A stretch of DNA of 31,508 nucleotides from a virus (lineage: Duplodnaviria; Caudoviricetes): positions 1-31,508 of IMG/VR virus record IMGVR_UViG_3300024237_000094. One strand, 5' to 3'. The position numbers were made by a program, and so were the translations under genes. The first letter of the stretch is position 1, and the number at the start of each line of letters is the position of its first letter. This document shows, one piece after another, positions 17,821-25,923 of this stretch. The notes below the pieces were generated by a model. The model saw nothing but the letters and a program-made list of their open reading frames with translations, did not search any database and had not been told where the DNA came from.

Positions 17821-18090
17821 GATTGCGTTACCTCCTACAGTCTCAATCATTTCTTTATACCCATTATTATACACATTCCCCACGCAATGTGCTTGCGAAG
17901 TTTATGCTATTTGCGCAACATTATTTCGTCTCCTTGAAAGATTATTGCGTTCTTGCCTTCCCCTTCTCTTTCTCTCTTGATTTCTCTTGACGAACCCTCT
18001 TAAACTCCGCTTATGCGGCGCGCTTCGTGCCGGATATAGGATTATGTGCTAGCGACAATCTAGCAGAGGGGAAGAAGGGAAATAAAAGAA
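17821..18090. promoter_or_regulatory. Divergent control region (early/late promoters, operator-like palindromes, candidate origin)
   Basis: Only divergent intergenic gap. Contains TATAAT on the - strand (17866-17871), TTATACACA (17867-17875), CGCAA-N5-TTGCG (17883-17897), TTGATT/TTGACG (17977, 17987), and a pyrimidine-to-purine switch. Confidence 0.7.
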
Positions 18091-18477
18091 ATGGGTAATG
18101 CGGTCAAGAATCCTGAAACAGGATTGACAGAGAAACAAACGGCGTTGGTGGAACACCTCGTAACCAATGGCGGAACGATAAAAGACGCGGCTGCGGTCGC
18201 AGGATATGCAGAGGGTGAGACGGGAAGGGTCAGCGCTTCCAAGACTTTAGCCCTTCCACATGTGCAGACATATATGCATGAAAGGATGAGGCAAGAATTG
18301 GGCGTTAAAGCAACCCTCGCCGCCCATCAGGTCGCACGCCTAGCAGTCAATGCCAAATCGGAATACGTCCAGCTTGAAGCAAGCAAAGACATCATGGACA
18401 GGGCGGGATTGAAAGCCCCAGAAAAGCATATGCATTTACACGCAGGTGACATCAAGGTCGAGATTGACCTCGGTTGA
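18091..18477 (+). CDS. terS: Terminase small subunit
   Basis: LTEKQ...AAAVAGY...ASKTLALPHV N-terminal HTH typical of TerS; first gene of the late arm. Confidence 0.8.
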   Translation: MGNAVKNPETGLTEKQTALVEHLVTNGGTIKDAAAVAGYAEGETGRVSASKTLALPHVQTYMHERMRQELGVKATLAAHQVARLAVNAKSEYVQLEASKDIMDRAGLKAPEKHMHLHAGDIKVEIDLG

Positions 18478-18693
18478 ATGGTCTCCCGTTGGTCGCCTTC
18501 TCTATGGTGTCCGCTTGCAATGTGCCGTGGGTCTAATCTCATACACGGACGAGGGCATTGTCTTGGTGGAGGGGGTGGGGGAAAAACTGGCGCGTCCACG
18601 TAGGCATCAGGTCTCCTACAAACATTTTTCCTTCTCAAGGCTCGATAAAAAAAGTATAGTGTGAAATATATTTTTTAGTTCAAAAGGCTCGAT

Positions 18694-19377
18694 ATGTCTG
18701 ATTACGATGATAGCTTTATCCCTGCCGCCTACAATACGGTGATGGAGAAGTTCATGGTTGACGGAGAATCCAACGAGGTTAATGTTCCTTTTGAGTTCCT
18801 TGCTGTGCTAAAGGAGGGTCTTGATCGTTATTCTGCTCAACGCCCCGGACAGTCTGAGTTCTCACTGGCTGCTGTTGATTTTCCCTTTATTGATTCCCTT
18901 CCTGATTTCATCCCCTTCTTAACTGCTAAGATCTCCCCCAACGGCGGGTATGATATTTATTCGGAAGACCGAGAGTTGAACAACATCTCTTATATTATTC
19001 CTTCTGAGTTCCAACGCTTTGGTGAGTTCTTTGACGCAGAGCCAGATCTTGAGAACAACCGCTTGCCTGTCGGCCCTCTTTCAAACAGATCTCTTTCGGC
19101 AGCGCAGGATTCTGTAAAGCGTAGTTTTGATGAGATGACCCCCACCAGCGATTACAACTCCCTTAACTTCCTTCAAGCACAGAAGCGCTATGAGGATGAG
19201 GGTTCTGATGAGTTTGAGTGGCGCGGAGATCGTTACTCTACTAAACCAGTTCCATTTGGTGCTGATCGCACTAGGGGTATAATACAACCCCTGCAAGAGA
19301 TGAACATTCCTGAACAGGTCAAACAAGACCCGCTCGGTGCAGACTTTACTGGACAGATGAGGCCGGTAGATGAGTAA
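18694..19377 (+). CDS. Acidic hypothetical protein
   Basis: 227 aa; contains F..AQ....G..EFEWRG.RYST, an acidic variant of a small repeat motif seen in phage proteins. Confidence 0.65.
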   Translation: MSDYDDSFIPAAYNTVMEKFMVDGESNEVNVPFEFLAVLKEGLDRYSAQRPGQSEFSLAAVDFPFIDSLPDFIPFLTAKISPNGGYDIYSEDRELNNISYIIPSEFQRFGEFFDAEPDLENNRLPVGPLSNRSLSAAQDSVKRSFDEMTPTSDYNSLNFLQAQKRYEDEGSDEFEWRGDRYSTKPVPFGADRTRGIIQPLQEMNIPEQVKQDPLGADFTGQMRPVDE

Positions 19378-19651
19378 GAAGACGCGCGCTGGTATTAAGA
19401 ACCTTAAGTGCAATAAACCGAAACGAACTCCTAGCCACCCAAAGAAGTCGCACGTTGTGAAGGCTTGCGAGGGAGGGAAGGAAAAGATTATCCGTTTTGG
19501 TGAGCAGGGTGCTTCTACTGCTGGTAAGCCGAAGGCTGGAGAGTCAGCGCGCATGAAAGCAAAGCGGCGTAGCTTCAAAGCGCGTCACAGAAAAAATATT
19601 GCCAAAGGCAAGATGTCTGCGGCATACTGGGCTAACAAGGTTAAATGGTGA
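19370..19651 (+). CDS. Highly basic conserved phage protein
   Basis: NKPKRTP.HPKKSHVV...IIRFG.QG...SFKARH...SAAYWA.KVKW. Confidence 0.8.
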   Translation: MSKKTRAGIKNLKCNKPKRTPSHPKKSHVVKACEGGKEKIIRFGEQGASTAGKPKAGESARMKAKRRSFKARHRKNIAKGKMSAAYWANKVKW

Positions 19652-19656
19652 TTGAT

Positions 19657-19776
19657 ATGCCTCAAGTTGGTAAAAAGAAGTTCCCCTATACTCCTGCTGG
19701 TATTCGCAAGGCTAAAGAAGCTGCGAAGAAGGAGAAAAAGGATAAGAAGTCTATGTTGAAAGGATATGGTAAATGA
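19657..19776 (+). CDS. Lys-rich mini-protein (39 aa; not in ORF track)
   Basis: MPQVGKKKFPYTPAGIRKAKEAAKKEKKDKKSMLKGYGK; fills the gap and overlaps the next gene by ATGA. Confidence 0.75.
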   Translation: MPQVGKKKFPYTPAGIRKAKEAAKKEKKDKKSMLKGYGK

Positions 19777-20021
19777 GCAAGCTTTATAAGATTGATGGTT
19801 CGGAATACATCAGCAAAGATTATTTCGTTCTTCCTGATGGTCGCCCTCACTCAGGCAAGTCGTTCACTACTGATAGTGTTCGTCTCTTCACGGAAGAGGA
19901 ACTTACTGATCGCGGCGTGAAGGCAGTAGCCCATGTGCCGGAGAAGCGCGTTCAAAAAGTAAAAACAAAAAACACCCCCACCTCCTTGCGTAAGTTGAAG
20001 GAAGAAGAGAATGGCGGTTAA
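19773..20021 (+). CDS. Hypothetical protein (PDGxxHSG motif)
   Basis: 82 aa, operon packing. Confidence 0.7.
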   Translation: MSKLYKIDGSEYISKDYFVLPDGRPHSGKSFTTDSVRLFTEEELTDRGVKAVAHVPEKRVQKVKTKNTPTSLRKLKEEENGG

Positions 20022-20178
20022 TGAAGCCGGAAACTACACCAAGCCGGGGATGCGTAAGAATCTTTTCGAGAAGATTAAACGCGGTGGCAAAGGTGGCTCG
20101 CCGGGGCAATGGTCTGCACGCAAGGCTCAGATGCTCGCGCGTCAATACAAGGCTCGTGGTGGAGGCTATACTAGCTAA
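20011..20178 (+). CDS. DUF5872-like protein, N-terminal half (55 aa; not in ORF track)
   Basis: MAVNEAGNYTKPGMRKNLFEKIKRGGKGGSPGQWSARKAQMLARQYKARGGGYTS; GQWSARKAQ...GGGY signature. Confidence 0.8.
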   Translation: MAVNEAGNYTKPGMRKNLFEKIKRGGKGGSPGQWSARKAQMLARQYKARGGGYTS

Positions 20179-20429
20179 TGAAAGCCCCGCAAAAATCACT
20201 CCGCGCTTGGACAAAACAGAAGTGGCGGACTAAATCAGGCAAGCCTAGCACCCAAGGGCCGAAGGCTACTGGTGAACGCTACTTGCCAGAGAAGGCAATC
20301 AAAAGCTTGAGCGACGAAGAGTATGCTCGCACCACCGCAAAGAAACGTGCGGCTCGTCGTGCTGGCAAGCAGTTCTCAAAACAACCGAAAGGTATTGCTG
20401 AAAAGACGCGGAAACATCGTCGTGTCTAA
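20178..20429 (+). CDS. DUF5872-like protein, C-terminal half
   Basis: QKSL..WTKQKWRT...ERYLP.KA...LS..E...T..KKR...GKQF signature; TAATG coupled. Confidence 0.8.
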   Translation: MKAPQKSLRAWTKQKWRTKSGKPSTQGPKATGERYLPEKAIKSLSDEEYARTTAKKRAARRAGKQFSKQPKGIAEKTRKHRRV

Positions 20430-20556
20430 GCAAGAAACTCGCAAGCTTCGAAGAAAAGCAATCAAGATGCAGAACAATAGTTCGCGCAAGATGCACTTTT
20501 CAGAAGCTATGCAGGAGGTAAGGAAGGTAACAGATGAGTTTTCTACACGCAATTAG
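20422..20556 (+). CDS. Small basic hypothetical protein (44 aa)
   Basis: Likely GTG start at 20422 (MSKQETRKLRRKAIK); same frame as track ORF 20323-20556. Confidence 0.5.
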   Translation: MSKQETRKLRRKAIKMQNNSSRKMHFSEAMQEVRKVTDEFSTRN

Positions 20557-20728
20557 TGAGCAAGAGCGTCGAGTCTTACGCAACATAGTCAAGAAGGTTC
20601 ACCTCAAGCATCACCCCCAAGAGTTCTGCACTGACTATGAAGCTGACAAGCTTATCTCGATTATCGCTCCTGATGTGGTTGAGCGTCTAATCAAAGTCGG
20701 CGTGGATCATAAAATTGACGAACTTTAA
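20534..20728 (+). CDS. Hypothetical protein preceding terL
   Basis: 64 aa, ggaaggt RBS, overlaps the terL start. Confidence 0.7.
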   Translation: MSFLHAISEQERRVLRNIVKKVHLKHHPQEFCTDYEADKLISIIAPDVVERLIKVGVDHKIDEL

Positions 20729-22235
20729 GTATAAGCCGGATGGCGATGTCCTAAAGGAGTTTATGAAAGATGATACTTTCTTTCGTGGTATTCGCGGCCC
20801 TGTTGGTTCTGGTAAGTCTGTGGGCTGCTGCGTTGAAGTATTTCGCAGGGCATTAGCACAGCAAAAGAATGATGATGGCATACGCCGTTCTCGCTGGGCT
20901 ATCATTCGTAACACCAACCCACAGCTAAGAACTACGACTATCAAGACTTGGCTTGACTGGTTTCCCGAAGACCAGTGGGGAAGGTTTCAATGGTCAGTCC
21001 CCTATACGCATCACATCAAGCAAGGCGACCTAGACCTTGAGGTTATCTTTCTTGCTCTCGATAGACCAGAGGATGTAAAGAAACTTCTGTCATTGGAGTT
21101 AACTGGCATTTGGATTAACGAGGCGAGGGAATTGCCTAAGTCAATCATTGACGCTTGCACCATGCGTGTTGGTCGTTTCCCCTCTATGCGAGATGGAGGC
21201 CCCACATGGACTGGCGTGATTGCTGATACCAATGCCCCAGAAGAAGACCATTGGTGGCCTATTATGTCTGGCGAAGTTCCTGTCCCTGACCATATTTCTG
21301 CTGATGAAGCGCGTATGATGGTGAAGCCGGACAACTGGAGTTTTTACACACAGCCTGCGGGAATGGTAGAAGAGAAGGATAAAGAAGGCTCTATCCAAGA
21401 TTATGTGCCAAACAAACAGGCAGAGAATCAAAAGAACATGATGAAGAGCTACTACCCCAACCTTATCAGGGGTAAGACTAAAAGCTGGATTGATGTCTAT
21501 GTTATGAATAAGCTAGGACAGATAAATGATGGGAAGCCAGTATATCAAATGTTTGCACCAGACTTACACATCGCTAAAGAAGAAATACCTGTCGCTGCTG
21601 GAGTTCCGATCTTTATTGGTCTTGACTTTGGGCTTACTCCTGCTGCTGTGTTTGGTCAGCGTGTTCGTGGTCGTTGGTTGATACTTCAAGAGATTGTTGC
21701 TTTTGACATGGGCATCGTGCGGTTTGCAGAGTTACTTAGGCAGGAGATTGCCACACGCTATAGTGGGTGTGAGGTAAATATTATTGGTGACCCTGCTGGT
21801 GACTTCCGCGCGCAAACGGATGAAAGCACTCCGTTCCAAGTGCTTCGGGGTGCTGGTCTTACTGCGCGTCCAGCACAATCCAACGATGTTTCCTTGCGTA
21901 TTGAGGCTGTGGCTGGCACACTTAACCGTTTGGTTGAGGGCAAGTCGGGTATCTTAATAGACCCGCGATGCAAAGAGTTGATCAAGGGTTTTGATGGTGG
22001 CTATGGGTATCGGCGTATGCAGGTGTCCGGCGAGCGTTACGATGACAAGCCCGATAAGAATAGGTTCTCTCATATACATGATGCTTTACAATACTTAATG
22101 CTTGGTGGTGGTGAAGGCCGTGAAGTCCTCGGAAATAACAAGACCGCTAAACCGTTTACTATGAAGCGGGACTTTGATATATTTACACGGAAACCCAAGC
22201 AAGCGAAACAAAGTTTTTGGAATAGGATGAAGTAA
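20715..22235 (+). CDS. terL: Terminase large subunit
   Basis: Walker A GPVGSGKS, Walker B GIWINEARE, coupling motif DTN, nuclease motifs IGLDFG and SHIHDALQY. Confidence 0.95.
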   Translation: MTNFKYKPDGDVLKEFMKDDTFFRGIRGPVGSGKSVGCCVEVFRRALAQQKNDDGIRRSRWAIIRNTNPQLRTTTIKTWLDWFPEDQWGRFQWSVPYTHHIKQGDLDLEVIFLALDRPEDVKKLLSLELTGIWINEARELPKSIIDACTMRVGRFPSMRDGGPTWTGVIADTNAPEEDHWWPIMSGEVPVPDHISADEARMMVKPDNWSFYTQPAGMVEEKDKEGSIQDYVPNKQAENQKNMMKSYYPNLIRGKTKSWIDVYVMNKLGQINDGKPVYQMFAPDLHIAKEEIPVAAGVPIFIGLDFGLTPAAVFGQRVRGRWLILQEIVAFDMGIVRFAELLRQEIATRYSGCEVNIIGDPAGDFRAQTDESTPFQVLRGAGLTARPAQSNDVSLRIEAVAGTLNRLVEGKSGILIDPRCKELIKGFDGGYGYRRMQVSGERYDDKPDKNRFSHIHDALQYLMLGGGEGREVLGNNKTAKPFTMKRDFDIFTRKPKQAKQSFWNRMK

Positions 22236-22840
22236 TGGGCAGACCTACTCAATTAGATGCACAGCGCAGAGAGGCTAGTAGGCAAAGACGCATGAAAGAG
22301 TATAATCTTGGTGCTGGTTTAGATCCAAGAACAAAAGAGCTTACTGATAAACTTTATCAACCCACTAGATTTACAACTATGAGCAGGCGAGGTGGCAACA
22401 CCGAAGAAAGCTTAAACAAAGCCGCATATCAAAAAAATGTAAGTTTTATTCAAAAATACTCTGTTCCGGAAACTATGTTTGCCGAAGCTGCTGCTGCTGG
22501 TGTTGACCCAAGAACCATTGAGGCATTAAGAAAACAATCTGACAAAGCTAGGGCGGATGCCTTAGAAATACGCAGTAAGTCTCGCTCACCGGGAATGGTT
22601 GGCGCAGTGTATGGCGGCAGATTAAAAAATATTGGATCTACTGTTGGTTTGATTGCCGAGGACTTGCGCGGACAACTTAAGTCTGATGTCCAAAAGCAAC
22701 CTGAGTTTCAAGAAATTCGTCGCCGCAGAGAAAAGGCAGTAGAGCAAGCTACTGTTGGTATGCGGCGTAAACGAGGCAAGGCATCATTATTGTCCGGCGA
22801 AGCTGGCGGTGCTGGCTTCTTTCAGAGGTATTTTACATAA
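22235..22840 (+). CDS. Basic virion-associated protein, paralog A (T7 gp6.7/gp7.3-like position)
   Basis: Between terL and portal; ends RKRGKASLLSGEAGGAGFFQRYFT. Confidence 0.7.
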   Translation: MGRPTQLDAQRREASRQRRMKEYNLGAGLDPRTKELTDKLYQPTRFTTMSRRGGNTEESLNKAAYQKNVSFIQKYSVPETMFAEAAAAGVDPRTIEALRKQSDKARADALEIRSKSRSPGMVGAVYGGRLKNIGSTVGLIAEDLRGQLKSDVQKQPEFQEIRRRREKAVEQATVGMRRKRGKASLLSGEAGGAGFFQRYFT

Positions 22841-23277
22841 TGGCATTTGACAACGCATTAAAGGCAATGAGAAAAAGGCGGACGTTTCTTAGGGAGGCGC
22901 GCGCTGCTGGGGTTGATCCACGCACTATTGAGCATTACGAAACTGCTCGTAAAAAAGCTTTTGATGCGCAAATGCGTTATCAATCTACATTAAGAAAAAA
23001 GAAACGTGGCATCGGTGGTGCTTTCAGAAAACTTAGTGGCGGCGGTAGCATTGAAAAATATCGTGACCTTGCACAAAAAGCCAGACTCGAAATCGAAGAA
23101 GCAAAAAAGGGTTTGTTAAGCGATGTTAAAAAGCAAGGCGAACTTCAAGCAATACGGCGTAAACGTAAGACTACTGTAGAAGAGGGCATTGCTGCAATGA
23201 CACGCAAGCGCGGTAAAGCTTCTCTTATATCTAGCCCTGCTGGTGGTGCTGGATTTTTTCAAAGGTATTTTGGATAA
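22840..23277 (+). CDS. Basic virion-associated protein, paralog B
   Basis: Shares AAGVDPRTIE and ends RKRGKASLISSPAGGAGFFQRYFG. Confidence 0.7.
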   Translation: MAFDNALKAMRKRRTFLREARAAGVDPRTIEHYETARKKAFDAQMRYQSTLRKKKRGIGGAFRKLSGGGSIEKYRDLAQKARLEIEEAKKGLLSDVKKQGELQAIRRKRKTTVEEGIAAMTRKRGKASLISSPAGGAGFFQRYFG

Positions 23278-24809
23278 TGGACAAAACAGCTAAACATTAC
23301 ATCAAGAAGTATGAGACTGCGCGAACTCAACGCACTCCCTTTGAAGATCTTTTCCAAGAGTGTTACGACTATGCTCTCCCCCAGCGTGAAGGCTTTTACT
23401 TCAATGCGCCGGGTCAACGCCGTGATGACCGAATCTTTGACGAGACTGCGGTAGTTGGCGTTCAAGAGTTTGCCTCTCGTTTGCAGTCTGGGCTTGTTCC
23501 CAACTTCGCTCGTTGGTCTGACTTGGTTGCTGGCTCGGAAGTTCCCGCAGAAGAAGCAGATGAAATCAACAACAGCCTTGATGAAGTCACAGAGTATATC
23601 TTTGAGATTCTTGCAAACAGTAACTTTGCACAAGAGGTGCATGAGTCATTCATGGACTTGGCTGTCGGAACTGGCTGCTTGCTGGTTGAAGAGGGCGATG
23701 CAGTAAACCCAATCCGTTTCAGTGCTATCCCTCTTCCTAAGGTCGTTCTTGAGAATGGCCCCGATGACCGCATTGACCATGTATATCGTGAGCGTGAGAT
23801 TCGCCATAACGACATAAAGATTGTTTACCCCAAAGCAAAACTCTCCCCCAAGATGCAGGATATGATTAACCGCAAGGGTGACGAGAAGTGCAAAGTTCTT
23901 GAGGTTGTATGTCGCCTGTATGACAAACCCAACCAAGAGCGTTACGGCTACTACGCCATTGATAAAACTCATGGCGAGTTAATCTTTGAAGACACCTTTG
24001 AAGGCGTGGGCAGCAATCCGTTTGTTTGCTTCCGCTGGTCTAAAGCTGCTGGCGAAGTATATGGTCGCGGCCCATTGGTAAACGCTCTGTCTGCAATTAA
24101 GACAACCAACCTTACAATCCAGCTTGTATTGGAAAATGCACAGATGGCTATCTCTGGTATTTACCAGATGGACGATGATGGGATTATCAATGTCGATACG
24201 ATCAATCTTGTGCCGGGGACTGTCATTCCTAAAGCACCCGGCTCAAATGGGTTACAACCTGTTGCGGCAGCCGGAAGCTTTGATGTTGCCAATCTTGTTC
24301 TTAACGACATGCGGATGAACATTAAGCGCGCATTGTATAATGATATGCTCGGTGATCCGAACCGGACACCCGCCACGGCTACCGAGATTGCAGAACGCAT
24401 GGCTGACTTGAGCCGCCGTATTGGTTCTGCCTTTGGTCGCTTGCAAGCAGAGATGGTTCAGCCCATTCTGCAACGTGTAGTTTACATTCTGCGTAAGCAG
24501 GGTCGCATTGATCTCCCAACAGTTAATGGTCGTGAAGTAAAAATTCGGAGTGTATCTCCCTTGGCGCAAGCCCAGTCTAATCAGGACATCACAACTGTTG
24601 CGAGATTCCTTGAGGTAGTTGGTGCAAACTTCGGGCCGGAGATGGTCAACTTGCTTATCGACTCAGAAGAGACAGCGGTTTACTTGGCTAAGAAGTTTGG
24701 CGTTCCTGATAACCTAATCAGAGACGAAGCCGAGCGTGAACAGATTCAACAGATGCAACAAATGATAGCGCAAATGCAAGCGCAGCAACAAGGCGGTGGT
24801 GTGGTATAG
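23277..24809 (+). CDS. Portal (head-tail connector) protein, T7 gp8/Bbp21 family
   Basis: 510 aa; FD.TA......AS.L.SGL, SNF, GEVYGRGP and TATEI.ER motifs; Gln-rich tail. Confidence 0.93.
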   Translation: MDKTAKHYIKKYETARTQRTPFEDLFQECYDYALPQREGFYFNAPGQRRDDRIFDETAVVGVQEFASRLQSGLVPNFARWSDLVAGSEVPAEEADEINNSLDEVTEYIFEILANSNFAQEVHESFMDLAVGTGCLLVEEGDAVNPIRFSAIPLPKVVLENGPDDRIDHVYREREIRHNDIKIVYPKAKLSPKMQDMINRKGDEKCKVLEVVCRLYDKPNQERYGYYAIDKTHGELIFEDTFEGVGSNPFVCFRWSKAAGEVYGRGPLVNALSAIKTTNLTIQLVLENAQMAISGIYQMDDDGIINVDTINLVPGTVIPKAPGSNGLQPVAAAGSFDVANLVLNDMRMNIKRALYNDMLGDPNRTPATATEIAERMADLSRRIGSAFGRLQAEMVQPILQRVVYILRKQGRIDLPTVNGREVKIRSVSPLAQAQSNQDITTVARFLEVVGANFGPEMVNLLIDSEETAVYLAKKFGVPDNLIRDEAEREQIQQMQQMIAQMQAQQQGGGVV

Positions 24810-25061
24810 ATGTCACATATTGGAGTAGATGGTTTTCCTCGACCACAAAAAGAGGACGAAAAGATTTCTATGGATATTAAGGCCTTGCTGGGAACTCCGG
24901 CAGGCAAAGAGGTTCTTCGCTATCTCCGTTCCATTACATTGGATGCGGTAGCTGGCGGAGGCATTAGCGATGGCGAACTCCGTCACTTGGAGGGTCAACG
25001 CTTTATAGTCGCGCTAATTGAACGGCGCATTAACCATGCAGAAAAGGTAGAAAGTAAATGA
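24810..25061 (+). CDS. Bbp19-like protein
   Basis: TPAGKEVL.YL...LEGQR.IV..I pattern, directly after the portal. Confidence 0.75.
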   Translation: MSHIGVDGFPRPQKEDEKISMDIKALLGTPAGKEVLRYLRSITLDAVAGGGISDGELRHLEGQRFIVALIERRINHAEKVESK

Positions 25062-25759
25062 GTGAAGCAACAGATAATGTGGAAGCGCAAGCCGAAGCAC
25101 CTGAAGCCGTAACAACTGAGGTAGCAGACAGCCGCCCTGAGTGGCTTCCTGAAAAATTTAAGTCTCCAGAAGATTTGGTAACTTCTTATTCCTCCCTAGA
25201 GAGCAAGCTAGGTAAGGGGCAAGATGAGTTGCGCGAATCTATTATGGGTGAAATTGAGCAAGAGGCTTTTGCTAATCGCCCTGAATCATCTGGTGATTAC
25301 ACCCTTCCAGAGGGTGCTGACGAGCTGGCAGATGATCCTAATGTAGATTGGTGGGCAAACTTTGCTTGGGAGAACGGTTTCTCTCAGGATGAGTTTAACG
25401 AAGGTTTGGCTCGTATGATGCCCGACCAGCCCGACCTTGACGCTGAGTCCGCCAAGCTGGGTGACAACGCCGAGGCTCGTATTGAGGCTGTGGCACTGTG
25501 GTCGCAAAAGAATGTCCCTACTGAACTGAGTGGTGAGATTATGCGTCTTGGTGAAACTGCCGAGGGTATTGAACTCCTCGAGCATTTCATGGGTGCAATG
25601 TCTGACACTTCTGTTAGTGGCGATATTACTGCCCCGACAGTTCTCGACAAGGCTGAGTTGGAGTCTATGATGAAAGACCCGCGCTACTGGGATAACACTC
25701 GACGCGATGCAGCTTTTGTCAAGCAAGTTGACGAAGGCTTCGCTAAACTTTATAAATAA
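25058..25759 (+). CDS. Capsid assembly scaffolding protein
   Basis: Acidic; RPEWLPEKF...SY..LE.KLG and C-terminal MMKDPRYW; upstream of the capsid gene. Confidence 0.85.
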   Translation: MSEATDNVEAQAEAPEAVTTEVADSRPEWLPEKFKSPEDLVTSYSSLESKLGKGQDELRESIMGEIEQEAFANRPESSGDYTLPEGADELADDPNVDWWANFAWENGFSQDEFNEGLARMMPDQPDLDAESAKLGDNAEARIEAVALWSQKNVPTELSGEIMRLGETAEGIELLEHFMGAMSDTSVSGDITAPTVLDKAELESMMKDPRYWDNTRRDAAFVKQVDEGFAKLYK

Positions 25760-25780
25760 GTAATACACGAGACCCCTCCT

Positions 25781-25817
25781 AAACACCGTCCCTCTTTCGA
25801 TTGGGGCGGTGTTTTTT
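25781..25817 (+). terminator. Rho-independent terminator after the scaffold gene
   Basis: aaacaccgtccc / ggggcggtgttt 12 bp stem followed by a T-run. Confidence 0.8.
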
Positions 25818-25820
25818 ATA

Positions 25821-25849
25821 TTGCTAAAATACATTGTTTCGGGCATTAT
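25821..25849 (+). promoter_or_regulatory. Putative sigma70-type promoter for the capsid gene
   Basis: TTGCTA-17bp-CATTAT immediately after the terminator. Confidence 0.55.
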
Positions 25850-25861
25850 TCTTTTGTTAGA

Positions 25862-25923
25862 GGCCCGATGATACGCGGATAGCCCGGAAACGGATAACTA
25901 GATGATGCAACGCACGGACAACC
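25862..25923 (+). promoter_or_regulatory. Structured 5' leader RNA of the major capsid gene
   Basis: Nested GG-C-CCG...CGG-ACAA-CC and AG-C-CCG-GAAA-CGG-AUAA-CU. Confidence 0.6.

Noticed and set aside
17908-17922. Mini-ORF MLRK on the - strand behind an AAGGAG
   Set aside because: Four codons overlapping the palindromes and upstream of the likely early promoter; insufficient support.
20021-20233. Track ORF MKPETTPSRG...
   Set aside because: Wrong frame; the ORF at 20011-20178 carries the recognisable motif and proper coupling.
25286-25846. 186 aa antisense ORF over the scaffold gene
   Set aside because: Opposite a well-supported gene and crosses its terminator; no recognisable motif.
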